NCBI GenBank assembly: GCA_002104905.1
Contig: MCFE01000306.1
Coordinates: forward strand, 34,937-98,936
DNA: 64,000 nucleotides
Source of the DNA: Basidiobolus meristosporus CBS 931.73
Taxonomy: Eukaryota; Fungi; Basidiobolomycota
Direction: 5' to 3'
Part shown: piece after piece, positions 37,312 through 49,989 of the stretch
Position numbering within the stretch: position 1 is the stretch's first letter
Layout of the letters: each line of letters begins with the position of its first letter
Notes under the pieces: model-generated
What the model was told of the DNA's origin: nothing
The model's input: only the letters and a program-made list of their open reading frames with translations
Database searches by the model: none
Made by a program: the position numbers and the translations under genes

Positions 37312-37591
37312 TATAGTACCACAACTTTATTTATAATGCCTACTATGGCAGGTTATCATTAAATCTTATGTTCAAAAATGATATAATAGTTCCACACTGT
37401 TGAATGTCAAACTGTTTGCCCATGGACAAGACTAATTTGATTCAATGGAACAAGAGATGAGAAAAAGGCCATGTGGCTACTGCAGCAAGCAACTCAGCCA
37501 TGAAGTATGCAGATATCATAGGAAGTATTAAAAGAATTGTAGCCAGTGCTTTGCCACACCAGTCACATGTGACCATTCATAAGGCATTACT

Positions 37592-38334
37592 GCGCTAACA
37601 ATAGACTTGTTCCATTGGAATGTGCCACATTGAGCTATAAGTGCCAAATGATGCCGTAGTGTGCCAGAGAGGCCAAGTTAACCTATACCTGGCCACAGAG
37701 TGTGAAACATAGCTCTGCATCTTCATGCAAAGCAGCCCCTGTGCTTCATTTATGATGCAGGAGAAAATCCATTTTTTGACTTTTTTTTAGGCCAATGTTG
37801 TGCAGGATGTGTAGGTGCACAAAAGAATTGAAGATATGTATCTAGTACTCAATACCCTTAACACTCTGAATCTAGCTCCTGTGGCTTGTAACATGTCACA
37901 AAAATGCATGGTACTTTCTTGGTCCTCTGGTACTATCTGGTACTATAAGTGCTTTGTATTGATCTTACTTTAGGGCTAATAATGAAATATAGTGCTGGAT
38001 AGTACCAGTGGACCAAGATAGTGCCATGAACTTTTGTGACATGTTACAAGCCACAGGAGCTAGATTCAGAGTGTCATGGGTACTGAGTACCAGATGCATA
38101 TCTTTAATCCTTTTGTGCACATAGACATCCTGTACAACATTGACCTAAAAAAAAAGTCAAAAAATGGATTCTCTCCATCACAATGTGTGAAACACAGAGG
38201 CTGCTTTGCATCAAGATGTAGAGCTATGCTGCACACTCTGAGGCCAAGTATAGGTTTACTTGGCCTCCCTGGCACACTATGGCATCATTTGGCACTCTTG
38301 GCTTAGTGTGGCACTATCCAAAGGAACAAGTCTA
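37592..38334. mobile_element. Foldback/MITE family F, complete copy: ~350-bp inverted arms, 40-bp spacer, TA-flanked
   Basis: Arms 37594-37947 and 37988-38332 are reverse complements; ends are TA-GACTTG...CAAGTC-TA; no ORF. Confidence 0.88.
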
Positions 38335-38815
38335 ATATGTTGCCTGCCACTTAATACTTCTATTATGGTACATGGCTGTACCTTTTGCCCTGTGCAAGCT
38401 GAGTAAAGATGGTTTTCAACACCTTTAGGCCCACCCCAACCTTCTGAATATTGCATAAAGAATTATTGCTCTGAGGAAGCAGGCTCACTGACAGATTGTG
38501 AACCTATCTCCCCTAAAAACAACAACATGCATCAGCTTGGTAAAATCACAATATGAAATGTGACAATATCTGTGGAAAAAGTGCCAAGGATACTTTATGG
38601 AGCCAAGTAAGCCCGGTAAACCATCTACTGGTGAATGATGTAATGTTGTGGCTTGGGAAGTGGCATGTTATCACTAATATCAGCAATGGGGGCTTTTAGA
38701 ATTTACTTCTACTTCTTGCCAAAATCATTTGGTGAAGCAACCCACCCTGTGCAGGGTACAAGTGAGCAACTGTGATGTGACTGACAATATGACTGTGAGA
38801 GTGTCCTGAAACTAG

Positions 38816-39183
38816 TGTTATGATATACTGCCTGAAAATTTAAGTCAGCTCTGTTTTTAGTCAAATCATTTAGTTTTATGTTTAGCTTAAAAGTGTACCA
38901 ATGTTATCTATCAAATTGGTAGTATTAGTCAGCAGATGAATCCACAGATCTCTCTCAATAGAAATAGGTATGTTACACAAAATATAATTAGGTTATAGTG
39001 ATGCAATCAGTTGAGTCATCAGCTGCAGCCTACATTAGGAAATACAATTAGTCAGCAATTAATCTGGCACAAAGTATATAAGGAGCTGACGGAACCTCAA
39101 TAAAAATCAGTTCAAGTTTTAGCAAATACAATACTAGCTAAACTCTCTATTCCTTTTTAACTCAGATATCAAGACTTCTAACA
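38816..39183 (+). mobile_element. Ty3/Gypsy solo LTR (368 bp), 4-bp TSD CTAG/CCAG
   Basis: TGTTATGAT...CTAACA; the flanks rejoin the CACTA Tnp2 sequence (compare 18695-18720). Confidence 0.85.
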
Positions 39184-39468
39184 CCAGCTTGCATTAGCAG
39201 TTGTGTGGCATTCCAAACAAAATATGCTATCATTGCAAGGTGTTCAACTTGTCAGGAATATATGACCATTGGGGGAAAACATTGCTACAGTCTGGATATA
39301 TTCCAGTAATTCCCCATCCAAAGAAGCTTATGCAGCCTAACAAATATTCTAAAGCTAGAGAGTACTGCACTCAGCATCAGTCAAGCGCAAACATTTCCAA
39401 TGAACATGACAGAAAATATTACAAACAAATAAGAAAGAAGGGCTACTTTGAAAGTCTAAATGATCACG

Positions 39469-42400
39469 TATTACAAGTCTTGGTATAAGAGTTGTAGAGG
39501 AACAGGGAGTTTAGCTAGTATTGTATTCACTAAGACTTGAACTTATCTTTATTGAGATTCCAGCAGCTCCTTATACACATTTTGCCAGATCAATTGCTGA
39601 CTAATTGTATTTCCTAATGTAGGCTGTGGCTGATGACTCATTTGATTGGATCACTATAACCTAATTATATTTTGTGTAACATACCTATTTCTGTCTGATA
39701 AGGATCTGCTGCTTCATTTGATGACTAATGCAACTGATTTGATATATAATACTGATATACTGATAAGCTAAACATATAACTAATTGATATGACTAAAAAC
39801 TATTCCAACTTAAACATTCAAGCGGTAGATCATAATATGTTCCCCTATTAAAGTTAAGAGGGTTTTCCTGAATCTCTTTTCTTGTGATACCAATATCTTG
39901 ATGGTTCAGTATTATCTGCAAGTCTTGCAAGCCTGAGTCTGTCCCTATGCATTAAATCTTCCTGGATATTGCCTTGCTTTTCCATCAGTTAGTAAGTTGC
40001 AAATGGTCTTTCTCTGATGATCTTGAATGGTCCTATCTATTGTGGCTCAAACTCCTTCCAAGTGTTGTTTCTTGCAATACAAAGCTCCCAACTGTCAATG
40101 CTTCTGGTGCTATAGTCTTATCAAATCTCTGCTTCATCTTTTCTGCACTTTGAGATACTTTAGTCTGTGCCTCTTGACGTGTTTGTTCCAGCTGCTGGTG
40201 TCTACTTGGCTGACCGAGTTCTTCTTCTAAGGTGTCTGTGAGCTTTGGTTGTGTGAGATCTCCTGGAAACCTTGATACACATCCATACACCAAGAAAAAT
40301 GGCAATTGTTGGGAAGTGTTGTGTACTCTGACTTTACATGCAAAGAGTGCTTGGTCTATACACTCATCCTATCTACTGACAGCTCCATTTGCATACTTGG
40401 TAAGCAATTTTCCAAATAATCCATTGAACTACTCAGTGACTCCATTAGTTCTGGGATGATATGCCAAGGTTTTCAAATGTTTGATCTGCTGCATTTCCAG
40501 GTTGGCTTCCAATGTCTTTGCCATAATGCTTGTACCTCTATTGGATAGAATCTCTACAGGGCATTCAAACTTCATAAGGATCTCATGGTAGATGAAACTT
40601 GCAACTACTTGTTCACTGGCTATAGATACAGCCTTAGCCACTGGCCATTTGGTGGCATGATCCATTGCTACTAGGATCCAATGGTTGCATTTCCTGGTAG
40701 TTAGCAGTCTTCCAATAAAGTTGATTCCCTATCTTTCAGATGGTCTTACAGGCTCCAAGGGAAAGAGTTTGGCAATTCTCTGTGATTGGCCTTGGTTGAT
40801 TTGGCAATTTGGGCATGTTTTCACTAGCTTCTCAATGTCTTGTTTCATTCTGGGCCACCATGCTCTGGCTTTCACAAGGCTATAGGCTCCTTCAATCCCA
40901 AGATGTCCATATCCATTGTGTTGCTTATGTATTAAATCCAGGCAAGCAATACAAGGGCAATAGGAAATAGGGCTTTCATCAACAATTTGGTAGAGTGGTT
41001 CATCCTGTACTTCAAATTTGCTTGCTTCATCCCAGATTATCTTCTTGATATCTTCATTCACCTCATTAGGAATGGCTTGATCCTCCAAGAACTTTGGTGA
41101 TAAGCAAGGCAAATCTGATTCATGCACCAAGTTGAGTTGTGCAACTTGTTCTAATCTTGATAAGGCATCAGCAACCATGTTGTTTTTCCCAGGGCAGTAG
41201 ACAATCTCCAAATCAATTTGCTGAATGTATTCACTTCATCTTGTCAATCTTCTAGAGAGTACCTTTTCAGCATATATACACTTAAGGGAGGCATGATCCG
41301 TCTTCACAGTTAATTTTACTCTTTCAATATAACATCTCCATGTCTTCAAGCAGTGTATTAAAGTAAGCATCTCCTTCTCACACACTTGATAGTTTTGTTC
41401 TGCTGAGTTCAGTTACTTGAATTCAAAGGCAACTGGGTAGTCCTTTCCCTTGTGTTCTTGGCTCAACACTTCACCAATTGCACAATCTGAAGCATTTGTG
41501 CACAGAGTGAACACTTTTCTGAAGTCAGATATTCTTAAGCTTGGCTGCTTCGCAAATTCATTCTTGACTGTCTGGAAGGCAGTCTTACCAGCTATGCCCC
41601 ATTTGTAGGTATTGTCTTTCATGAGGATATCAGTTAAAGGGGCTGCAATACTTGCAAACAACTGGACAAATCTCTAATAATAGGAAACCATTACTAGGAA
41701 TGATCTGAGCCCTGATACACTAAAGTGCTGCTTCAGATTCTTGATAACTTCAACCTTCTTTGGGTCTAAAGTCACTCCTGTGCTAGTAACTATGTGTCCC
41801 AGATATTCAACATGTTCCTTGAAGAACTCACACTGGGCTAGCTTGCCACATAGTTTGTTCTCACTTAGCTTCTTCAAGACCTTTTCAGTGTGCAACATGT
41901 GATCCTTGTTGCAATTTAAGAAGTCATCTGCATATGAGGAACTTATCAAGAAATAGTGATAATAATTGAACTGTTGTTTATTCATAAAGAAGCTCAGTAT
42001 TCATACCTTTGTAGAAGTAATATAGCTGCAACACCAAGTAAGGAGGGTTTCTCAATATTCAGGGGCATTCTGTAACAGTTTCAGGGTTAGTACATAATGT
42101 TTGGTAATAGTGCTAATTTGATCCTGACTATAAGGGAATAATCATAAGACCATATATCTGGAGAAAGTGCAAAGTTAAGGCAGTAAATGAGTCCTACAGT
42201 GACTAAGACTAGTCTAGAGTTGTTAAGTAAATCTTTTAGCTGCTGAATGATACCAAATAGTCCAATATTTCAACAATCCTCTTCTGTCTTGCTGTATATC
42301 AATATGTCATATAGGTGGATTTTCACAAACTTGTCTAAGTACTCCTGGAAGACAGTCTAAATCAGAGTCATGAATGTTGCAGGGGCAGTGGTGAGGCCAA

Positions 42401-44616
42401 AACTCATCACTAAGTACTTGTAATGTCCATATCTGGTCCTGAATGCTGTCTTAGGGATGTCTTCTGGCTTCACCCTAATCTTGTTGTATCCTGACATAAG
42501 GTCAATCTTGCTGAAAATAGTGACTCCATTGAGTAGGTCCTAAAGCTTATCTTTCCAAGGTATGGGGTACTCATTCTTCACAGTAAATGAGTTAAGGGCT
42601 CTGTAGTCAATGCACATTTCTAAGTGCTCCATCCTTCTTCTTTGCAAAAGGTACTGGTGCTCTCCAAGGTAACTTGCTGGGTCTGATATATCCTTGCGCC
42701 AATGACTGATCTATTTGTCTCTCCATCTCATCCAACTCCAATGGACTTATTTTGTAAGGTGTCTTACTCACTGAAGGGCTATTGCCTGCTTCAATGTCAT
42801 GATCCACATCTTTGACTGGTGGTACGCTTACAAGCTCTTCTGGAGATACTTCTGAGTACTCCTTGAAAGTGTTTGGACCTTCTGGGGTACTGGAGTACAG
42901 GAATCCCCCTGTAATACTGCCATGAGGAACATCTGGGTGCCTGTTCTAAGTGCTCTACAGAACTGTGTCTTGCTAAGTTCACTTGTTTGACACATACTGG
43001 AATTGATCAAGCTGAAATCCGGTCTGGCAGGTGATAGCTCATAAGTCTTGTTGTCCTTTTAGATCTGAGTAGCATGGGTTCTCCAGTTGATTGATGGATT
43101 ACAACAAAATAGCCAGGTTTTCTCAAGTACAAGCTCAAACTTGCAGTTCCCAAATATATAGGCCTGTAGATCTTCTTCATAGTCATGGATCTTCATCCTT
43201 ACTGGCTGAGTAATATGGTTGATTATGTGAGAGTTCCCATCAGCTGTTGAGGCTGAAGTTGATTTGGTGGGTTCTGAGTTGATTTCAGCTTTCAAAGCAA
43301 ATTGCTCTGACATGTACTCATACAATGCTCCTGAGTCAATCATGATCTTGGCATGTATTCCATTGATTAATCCATTCAAGTATAATAGCCTTCCTGCGTT
43401 TGAGGTCATCTGGGCTAGGTATTCTTTTGTTGTATGGAAAGTGAGTTTTGAGGTAGGATTCTTCAGCATAGCATCTATTTCCATTGGTACTGCTTCGGAT
43501 TGTCTTATTTCATAGTGATTGTAGCCTCTCTGATTAGTCATTGTGGGCTTCCCAAATCCAAACATAGCTGATTCAAAGTCAATGGCAATCTTGATGGCTT
43601 TTCCATAGTTAGAGGTCTTTGATAATTCACTTCCTTATGGGTTCTTTCTTTCAACCCATCAATAAAGTATTCAACTTGATCCAGAGGGTCCAATTTTTCA
43701 GTTTGTCCAAGTAGACTTCTATATTCATAAATGTACTCTTGGACCATTCCTTTCTGTCTGAGTGTCTTCAACTTTCTTCTTAGTGGTGTCTGTCAATGTG
43801 GTGGTTCAAAGGCATCCTGAATTTCCAATTAAAACTTATCCTAGGTAGAGACTGTAGTACATCCCATTATGGTGGCTGACCTGATCTTGTCATGATACCA
43901 CTATAAAACTGCGTATGCCAGGTAAGAGGCTGCATAATGTAACTGGCTTTGTGGAGCAGCTCCCTTAGCTTTGAGAGCTTCTTCAATCTGGAAGATTCAA
44001 GTTCCCAGGTTTCATTGACTCTACCGTGGTAACATTTGTCCTTCACACTAAAGTTGCTCTTGACAGAGTTTTGCTGGCTTTGGGTCATGATAGTCATTCC
44101 TTGTAGCTGCTGGCTAACAATCTGGAGTAACTGTTGCTGCTGGGCCAGGATTTGCTGCATAGCATTCTTCCATTATGGATTTTGGACATCTTGAGGAAGG
44201 CTTCTTCTTTCTTCAGGAGGGATGTTTCTGGTTATTGCTGCTACCAATATTACAAGTCTTGGTATCAGAGTAGCAGAGGAATAGGGGGTTTAGCTAGAAT
44301 TGTATTCACCAAAACTTGACCTGATTTTTATTGAGGTTCCAGCTGCTCCTTATATACATTTTACACAATCAATTGCTGACTAATTGTAATTCCTAATGTA
44401 GGCTGTGGTTGATGACCCATTTGATAGCATCATCATCACCCAATAAGATCCTACTAAATATATCTATTTTTGTCTGACGAGGATCTGCTGATTGATTTGA
44501 TGAATAATGTTACTGATTTGATATATACTACTGATTTACAGATAAGCTATACAAATAACTAATTAACATGACTAAAATCTGAACTAGCTTAAACATTCAA
44601 GCGGTATATCATAACA
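39469..44616 (-). mobile_element. Ty3/Gypsy element, degenerate, 369-bp LTRs, 4-bp TSD CACG/CATG
   Basis: LTRs 39469-39837 and 44248-44616; PBS TGGTAGCAGC 44237-44246; gag, protease (IMIDSGA), RT, RNase H and integrase remnants. Confidence 0.93.
41907..42275 (-). mobile_element. Ty1/Copia family B solo LTR (369 bp) inside Gypsy RT, TSD ATCCT
   Basis: ATCCT at 41902-41906 and 42276-42280; homologous to 49990-50357 and 53760-54129; the empty site is seen at ~61245-61260. Confidence 0.9.
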
Positions 44617-44732
44617 CATGCCTTTGCCTTAGCATCTGTAGGATTCTCATTAAACAAGTACTCTACCAGCAAATCCTGCTGGCCACTAATTCTCATAAAT
44701 GCAAATCTGCCACCTATTGTATGGTATTGGAG

Positions 44733-47700
44733 TGTTATGATCTGCTGCTTGAATATTTAAATTAGATCAGCTTTTAGTCAAATCAATTAGTTATTTATTT
44801 AGGTTATTAGTATATCAGTATTATCTATCAAATCAGTAACATTAGTCAGCAAATGAATCAGCAGATCCCTATCAGACAGAAATAGATATGTTAAGTAAGA
44901 TCTTATTGGGTGATGATGATACAATTAAATGAGTCATCAGCCACAGCCTACATTAGGAAATACAATTAGTCAGCAATTGATCTGGCAAAATGTGTATAAG
45001 GAGCTGCTGGAATTGCAATAAAGATAAGTTCAGGTTTTAGTGAATACAATACTAGCTAAACTCCCTATTCCTCTACAACTCTTATACCAAGACTTGTAAT
45101 ATTCATAGCAGCAATAACCAGAAACATCCCTCCTGAAGAAAGAAGAAGCCTCCCTCAAGATGTCGGAAAATCAAGAATGGAAGAATGCTATGCAACAAAT
45201 CCTGGCCCAGCAGCAACAGTTACTCTAGATCCTGAGCCAGCAGCAACACAGAATGACTACCATGGCTCAAAGCCAACAAAACCCTGTCAAGAGCAACTTT
45301 AGTGTGAAGGTCAACCAGTACCATGGAAGAGTCAATGAAAACCTGGGAACTTGGCTCTCCCATGTTGAAGAAGCTTTTAAGGCACAAGGAATTGCTCCAG
45401 AAAGCAAGTTACATTTTGCAGCCTCTTACCTGGCAGATGCAGCTTTGCAGTGGTACCACAACAAGATCAGGTCAGCCACCATGATGGGATGCTCTACAAT
45501 CTCTACTTGGGATGAGTTTGTGTTGGAAATTCAGGATGCTTTTGAACCTCCACACCAGCAGACACTACTAAGAAGGAAGTTAAAGACACTCAGACAGAAA
45601 GGAATGGTGCAAGAATACATCTATGTGTACAGATGTCTACTTGGGCAAATTGAAAGAATGGACCCCTTGGATCAAGTTGAATACTTTATTGATGGGTTGA
45701 AAGAAAGAACTCGCAAGGAAGTCAATTACCAAAGACCTCAGACTATTGAAGAAGCCATTAAGATTGCCATTGACTATGACTCAGCTATGTTTGGAGTTGG
45801 GAAGCCCACAATGACTAATCAGAGAGGCTATAATCATTATGAAAGAAGACAATCAGAAGCAGTGTCAATGGAAATAGATGCTATGCAGAAGAATCCTACC
45901 TCAGAAGAATGTAAGAGGAAAGGACTTTGCTTCAATTGCCACCAACAAGGACATATTGCAAAGTACTGCCCTCAGAGAAGAAATGGACACCAGCCATCAA
46001 GAACCTTTAACAGTATTGAGGCCATGGAGCTTAATTACATGAAGGATGAACTTGAAGAAGATTCAGAACTCACCTTCCACATGACAGAAGATTACCTATC
46101 CCAGATGACCTCAAACTCAGGAAAGCTGTTATACTTGAGTGGAGTAATCAATGGAGTGCCTGCCAAGATCATGATTGACTCAGGAGCATCACATGAGTAC
46201 ATAGCAGAGCAATTAGCTCTGAAAGCTGGAATCAAGCTGGAACCTACTAAATCAACTTCAGTCTCAACAGCTGATGGGAACTGTCACATAATCAACTGTA
46301 TAACTCAGCCAGTAAGAATGAAGATCAATGACTATGATGAAGATCTACAGGCCTATATATTTGGGAACTGCAAGTTTGACCTTGTACTTTGGAAAACCTG
46401 GCTATTTTGTGTAATCCATCAATCAACTGGAGAACCCATGCTACTCAGATCCAGAAGGATATCAGGACCTATGAGCTATTACCTGCCAAACTAGATTTCA
46501 GCTTGGTCAATTCCAGTGTGTGTGAGACAAGTGAGCTTAGCAAGACACAGTTCTGTAGAGCACTAAGAAAAGGCACCAGGGATGTTGCTCATGGCAGTAT
46601 TACTGGAGGATTCCTTGACTCCAATACCCCAGAAGGTCCAGACTCTTTTGAAGGAGTATTCAGACGTATTTCCAGAAGAGCTTGTAAGCCTACCACCAGT
46701 CAGAGATGTGGTTCATGCCTCTGAAACAGGAGATAGCCCATGAGCAAGTAAGAGACCTTACAGAATAAGTCCATTGGAGTTGCAAGTGGCAAAGAGACAA
46801 ATACATCAGTTACTGGAGCAAGGATATATCAGACCCAGCAAGTCACCTTGGGGAGCACCAGTACTTTTTGTGATGTAGAAGGATGGAACACTTAGGATGT
46901 GAATTGCCTACAGAGCCCTCAACTCAGTCACCATGAAGAATAAATACCCCATACCTTGGATTGATGAGCTCTTGGTCCAACTCAAAGGAGCCATTATTTT
47001 CAGCAAGATTGATCTCATGCCAGGATACAACCAGATTAGGGTGAAGCCAGAAGACATCCCTAAGACAGCATTCAGGACCAGATATGGACATTACAAGTAC
47101 TAAGTCCTGAGTTTTGGCCTCCCCAATGCCCCTGCAACATTCATGACCCTGATGCAGACTGTCTTTGGGGAGTACTTAGAGAAGTTTGTCATAATATACC
47201 TAGATGATGTACTAATATACAGCAAGACAGAAGAGGATCACCTGGTGCACATTGAAAAGATCTTGAAGAAGCTAAGAGAGAACAAGCTCTATGGCAAGCT
47301 ACCCAAGTGTGAATTCTTCAAGGAACACGTTGAATATCTGGGACACATAGTTACTAGCACAGGAGTAACCTCAAACCCCAAGAAGGTGGAGGTAATCAAG
47401 AATTTGAAGCAGCCCATAGCATATCAGAGATCAGATCATTCCTTGGAATGATTTCCTATTATTGGAGATTTGTCAAGTTGCTTGCAAATATTGTAGCCCC
47501 TTGAACTGATATCCTCAAGAAAGACAACACCTACTAGGTGGACATAGCTTGTGAGACTGCCTTCCAGATGCTCCAGAATGAACTTGCTAAGCTGCCAAGC
47601 TTAAGAATGCCAGACTTCAGAAAAGAGTTCACTCTGTGCACAGATGCTTCAAATTATGCAATTGGTGGAGTGTTGAGCCAAGAACACAAGGGAAAGGACT

Positions 47701-49476
47701 ACCCTGTTGCCTTTGAATCCAAGAAACTGAACTCAGCAGAACAAAACTATCCAGTCCATGAGAAGGAGATGCTTGCTATAATGCACTGCTTGAAGACACA
47801 GAGATGCTATATTGAAGGAGTCAAATGCACTGTGAAGACTGATCATGCCTCCCTCAAGTAAATATTTACTCAGAAGGTACTCTCTATAAGAATGTCAAGA
47901 TGGAGTAAATACATTCAGCAATTTGACTTGGGGATTGTCTACTGACCTGGAAAAAACAACATGGTTGCTGATGCCTTATCAAGATTAGAGCAAGTTGCAC
48001 AACTCAACTTGGTCCATGAATCAGATTGGCCTAGCCTATTACCAAAGTACTTGGAGGACCAAGCCATTCCTAATGAGGTGGATGAAGATATCAAGACAAT
48101 AATCTGGGATAAAGCCAGCAAATACATAGTACAGGATGAAGCACTTTACCAAATTGTTGATGGAAGCCTTATTGCCTATTGCCCTTATGTTTCTTGCCTG
48201 GATTTGATACATAAGCTACACAGTGGAGATGGACATCTTGGGATTGAAGGAACCTATAACCTTGTGAAAGCCAGAGCATGGTGGCCCAGAATGAAACAAG
48301 ACATTGAGATGTTAGTGAAAACATGCCCAAATTTCCAAATCAACCAAGGCCAATCAAAAAGATTGGCTGAACTCTTTCCTGTGGAGCCTGTAAGACCATT
48401 TGAAAGATGGGGAATTGACTTTATTGGAAGTCTGCCAACTACCAGGAAATGCAACCATTGGATCTTAGTAGCAATTGACCATGCCATCAAATGGCCAGTG
48501 GCTAAGGCTGTACCTATAGCCAGTGAACAAGAAGTTCCAAGTTTCATCTACCATGAGATCCTTATGAAGTTTGGATGCCTTGTAAAGATTCTATCTGATA
48601 GAGGTTCAAACTTTATGGCAAAAACATTGGAATCCTATCTGGAAATGCAGCAGATCAGTCACTTGAAAACCTAGGCATATCACCCCAGAACTAATGGAGT
48701 CACTGAGCGGTTTAATGGATTATAGTCAGAGTACACAACACCACCCAGCAATCACCATTTTACTTAGTGTATGGATGTGAACCAAGGATTCCAGGAGATC
48801 TCACACAACCAAAGCTTACAGACACCTTAGAAGATGAACTCAGTCATTGACAGTTGGGAACTTTGTATTGCTGAGAAACAATACTTGGAAGAAGTTTGAG
48901 CCACAATGGACAGGACCATTCAATATCATCAGAGAATGTCCATTTGCAACTTACCAACTGGTGGACAAGCAAGGCAATATCCAGGAAGACTTAATCCATA
49001 GGGACAGACTCAAGCCTGTAAGACTTGCTGATAATACTGAACCATCAAGATATTGGTATCACAAGAAAAGGGATTCAGGAGAACCCTCTCAACTTTGGCA
49101 GGGGAGAATTTTATGATCTGCTGCTTGAATGTTTAAGTTAGATCAGTTTTTAGTCAAATCAATTAGTATATGTTTAGCTTATCACTATATCCATATTATT
49201 GATCAAATCAGTAGCATTAGTCAGCAAATGAATCAGTAGATCCTTATCTGACAGATATAGATATATTAAGTAGGATCTTATTGGGTGATGATGATGCAAT
49301 CAAATGAGTCATCAGCCACAACCTACATTAGGAAATACAATTAGTCAGCAATTGATCTGGCAAAAAGTGTATAAGGAGCTGCTGGAACCTCAATAAAAAT
49401 CAGTTCAAGTTTTAGCGAATATAATACTAGCTAAAATCCCTATTCCTCTACAACTCTTATACCAAGACTTGTAACA
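44733..49476 (+). mobile_element. Ty3/Gypsy element, degenerate and probably chimeric (no TSD)
   Basis: LTRs 44733-45101 and 49109-49476; PPT CAGGGGAGAA 49099-49108; gag-protease ORF 45253-46494; RT (YLDD), RNase H and integrase with two internal deletions; flanks are GGAG and GCTA. Confidence 0.92.
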
Positions 49477-49989
49477 GCTACCTGTATTCATTGCTGGATG
49501 AAGTTTGTATTCTTTCAAGTGTGTAACTAGTCAATGAATGTCATATCTAAGCCCACATTGTTATCTGACTTTGGGATACCCCAGCCATTAGTAAAATAGC
49601 TGGCTTTTCTGAGTGCAATGGACAGTATTGCTGTTGAATGTGTGAGATCCAGAGTATCTACTCCATAATGCACAAAGATTATTATTATCACAGCACAGAC
49701 ACTAAGAATGTAATCTTCCTGCAGACAAAACTTACAGAAGTCAGTGTACAATTACAGCAAAGTTGATAAGCAAAAAGCCATTGACCAAAATATAGGACTG
49801 ACTGGATACAGGAGATACTCAAGATAGAAGGTATCTGTTGGAGCAAAGGCTTTCCACTAGCAGTAATGCACATGCTTTCAGCCATGTTCCCATACTGTTG
49901 AACAGCTGCACATGGTGCATTTCAAGCTAAATGTGCCCTTTGAGATACCAAAAAAATTTGAAATAGTTTTCTTGATATTACGGAGTTTC

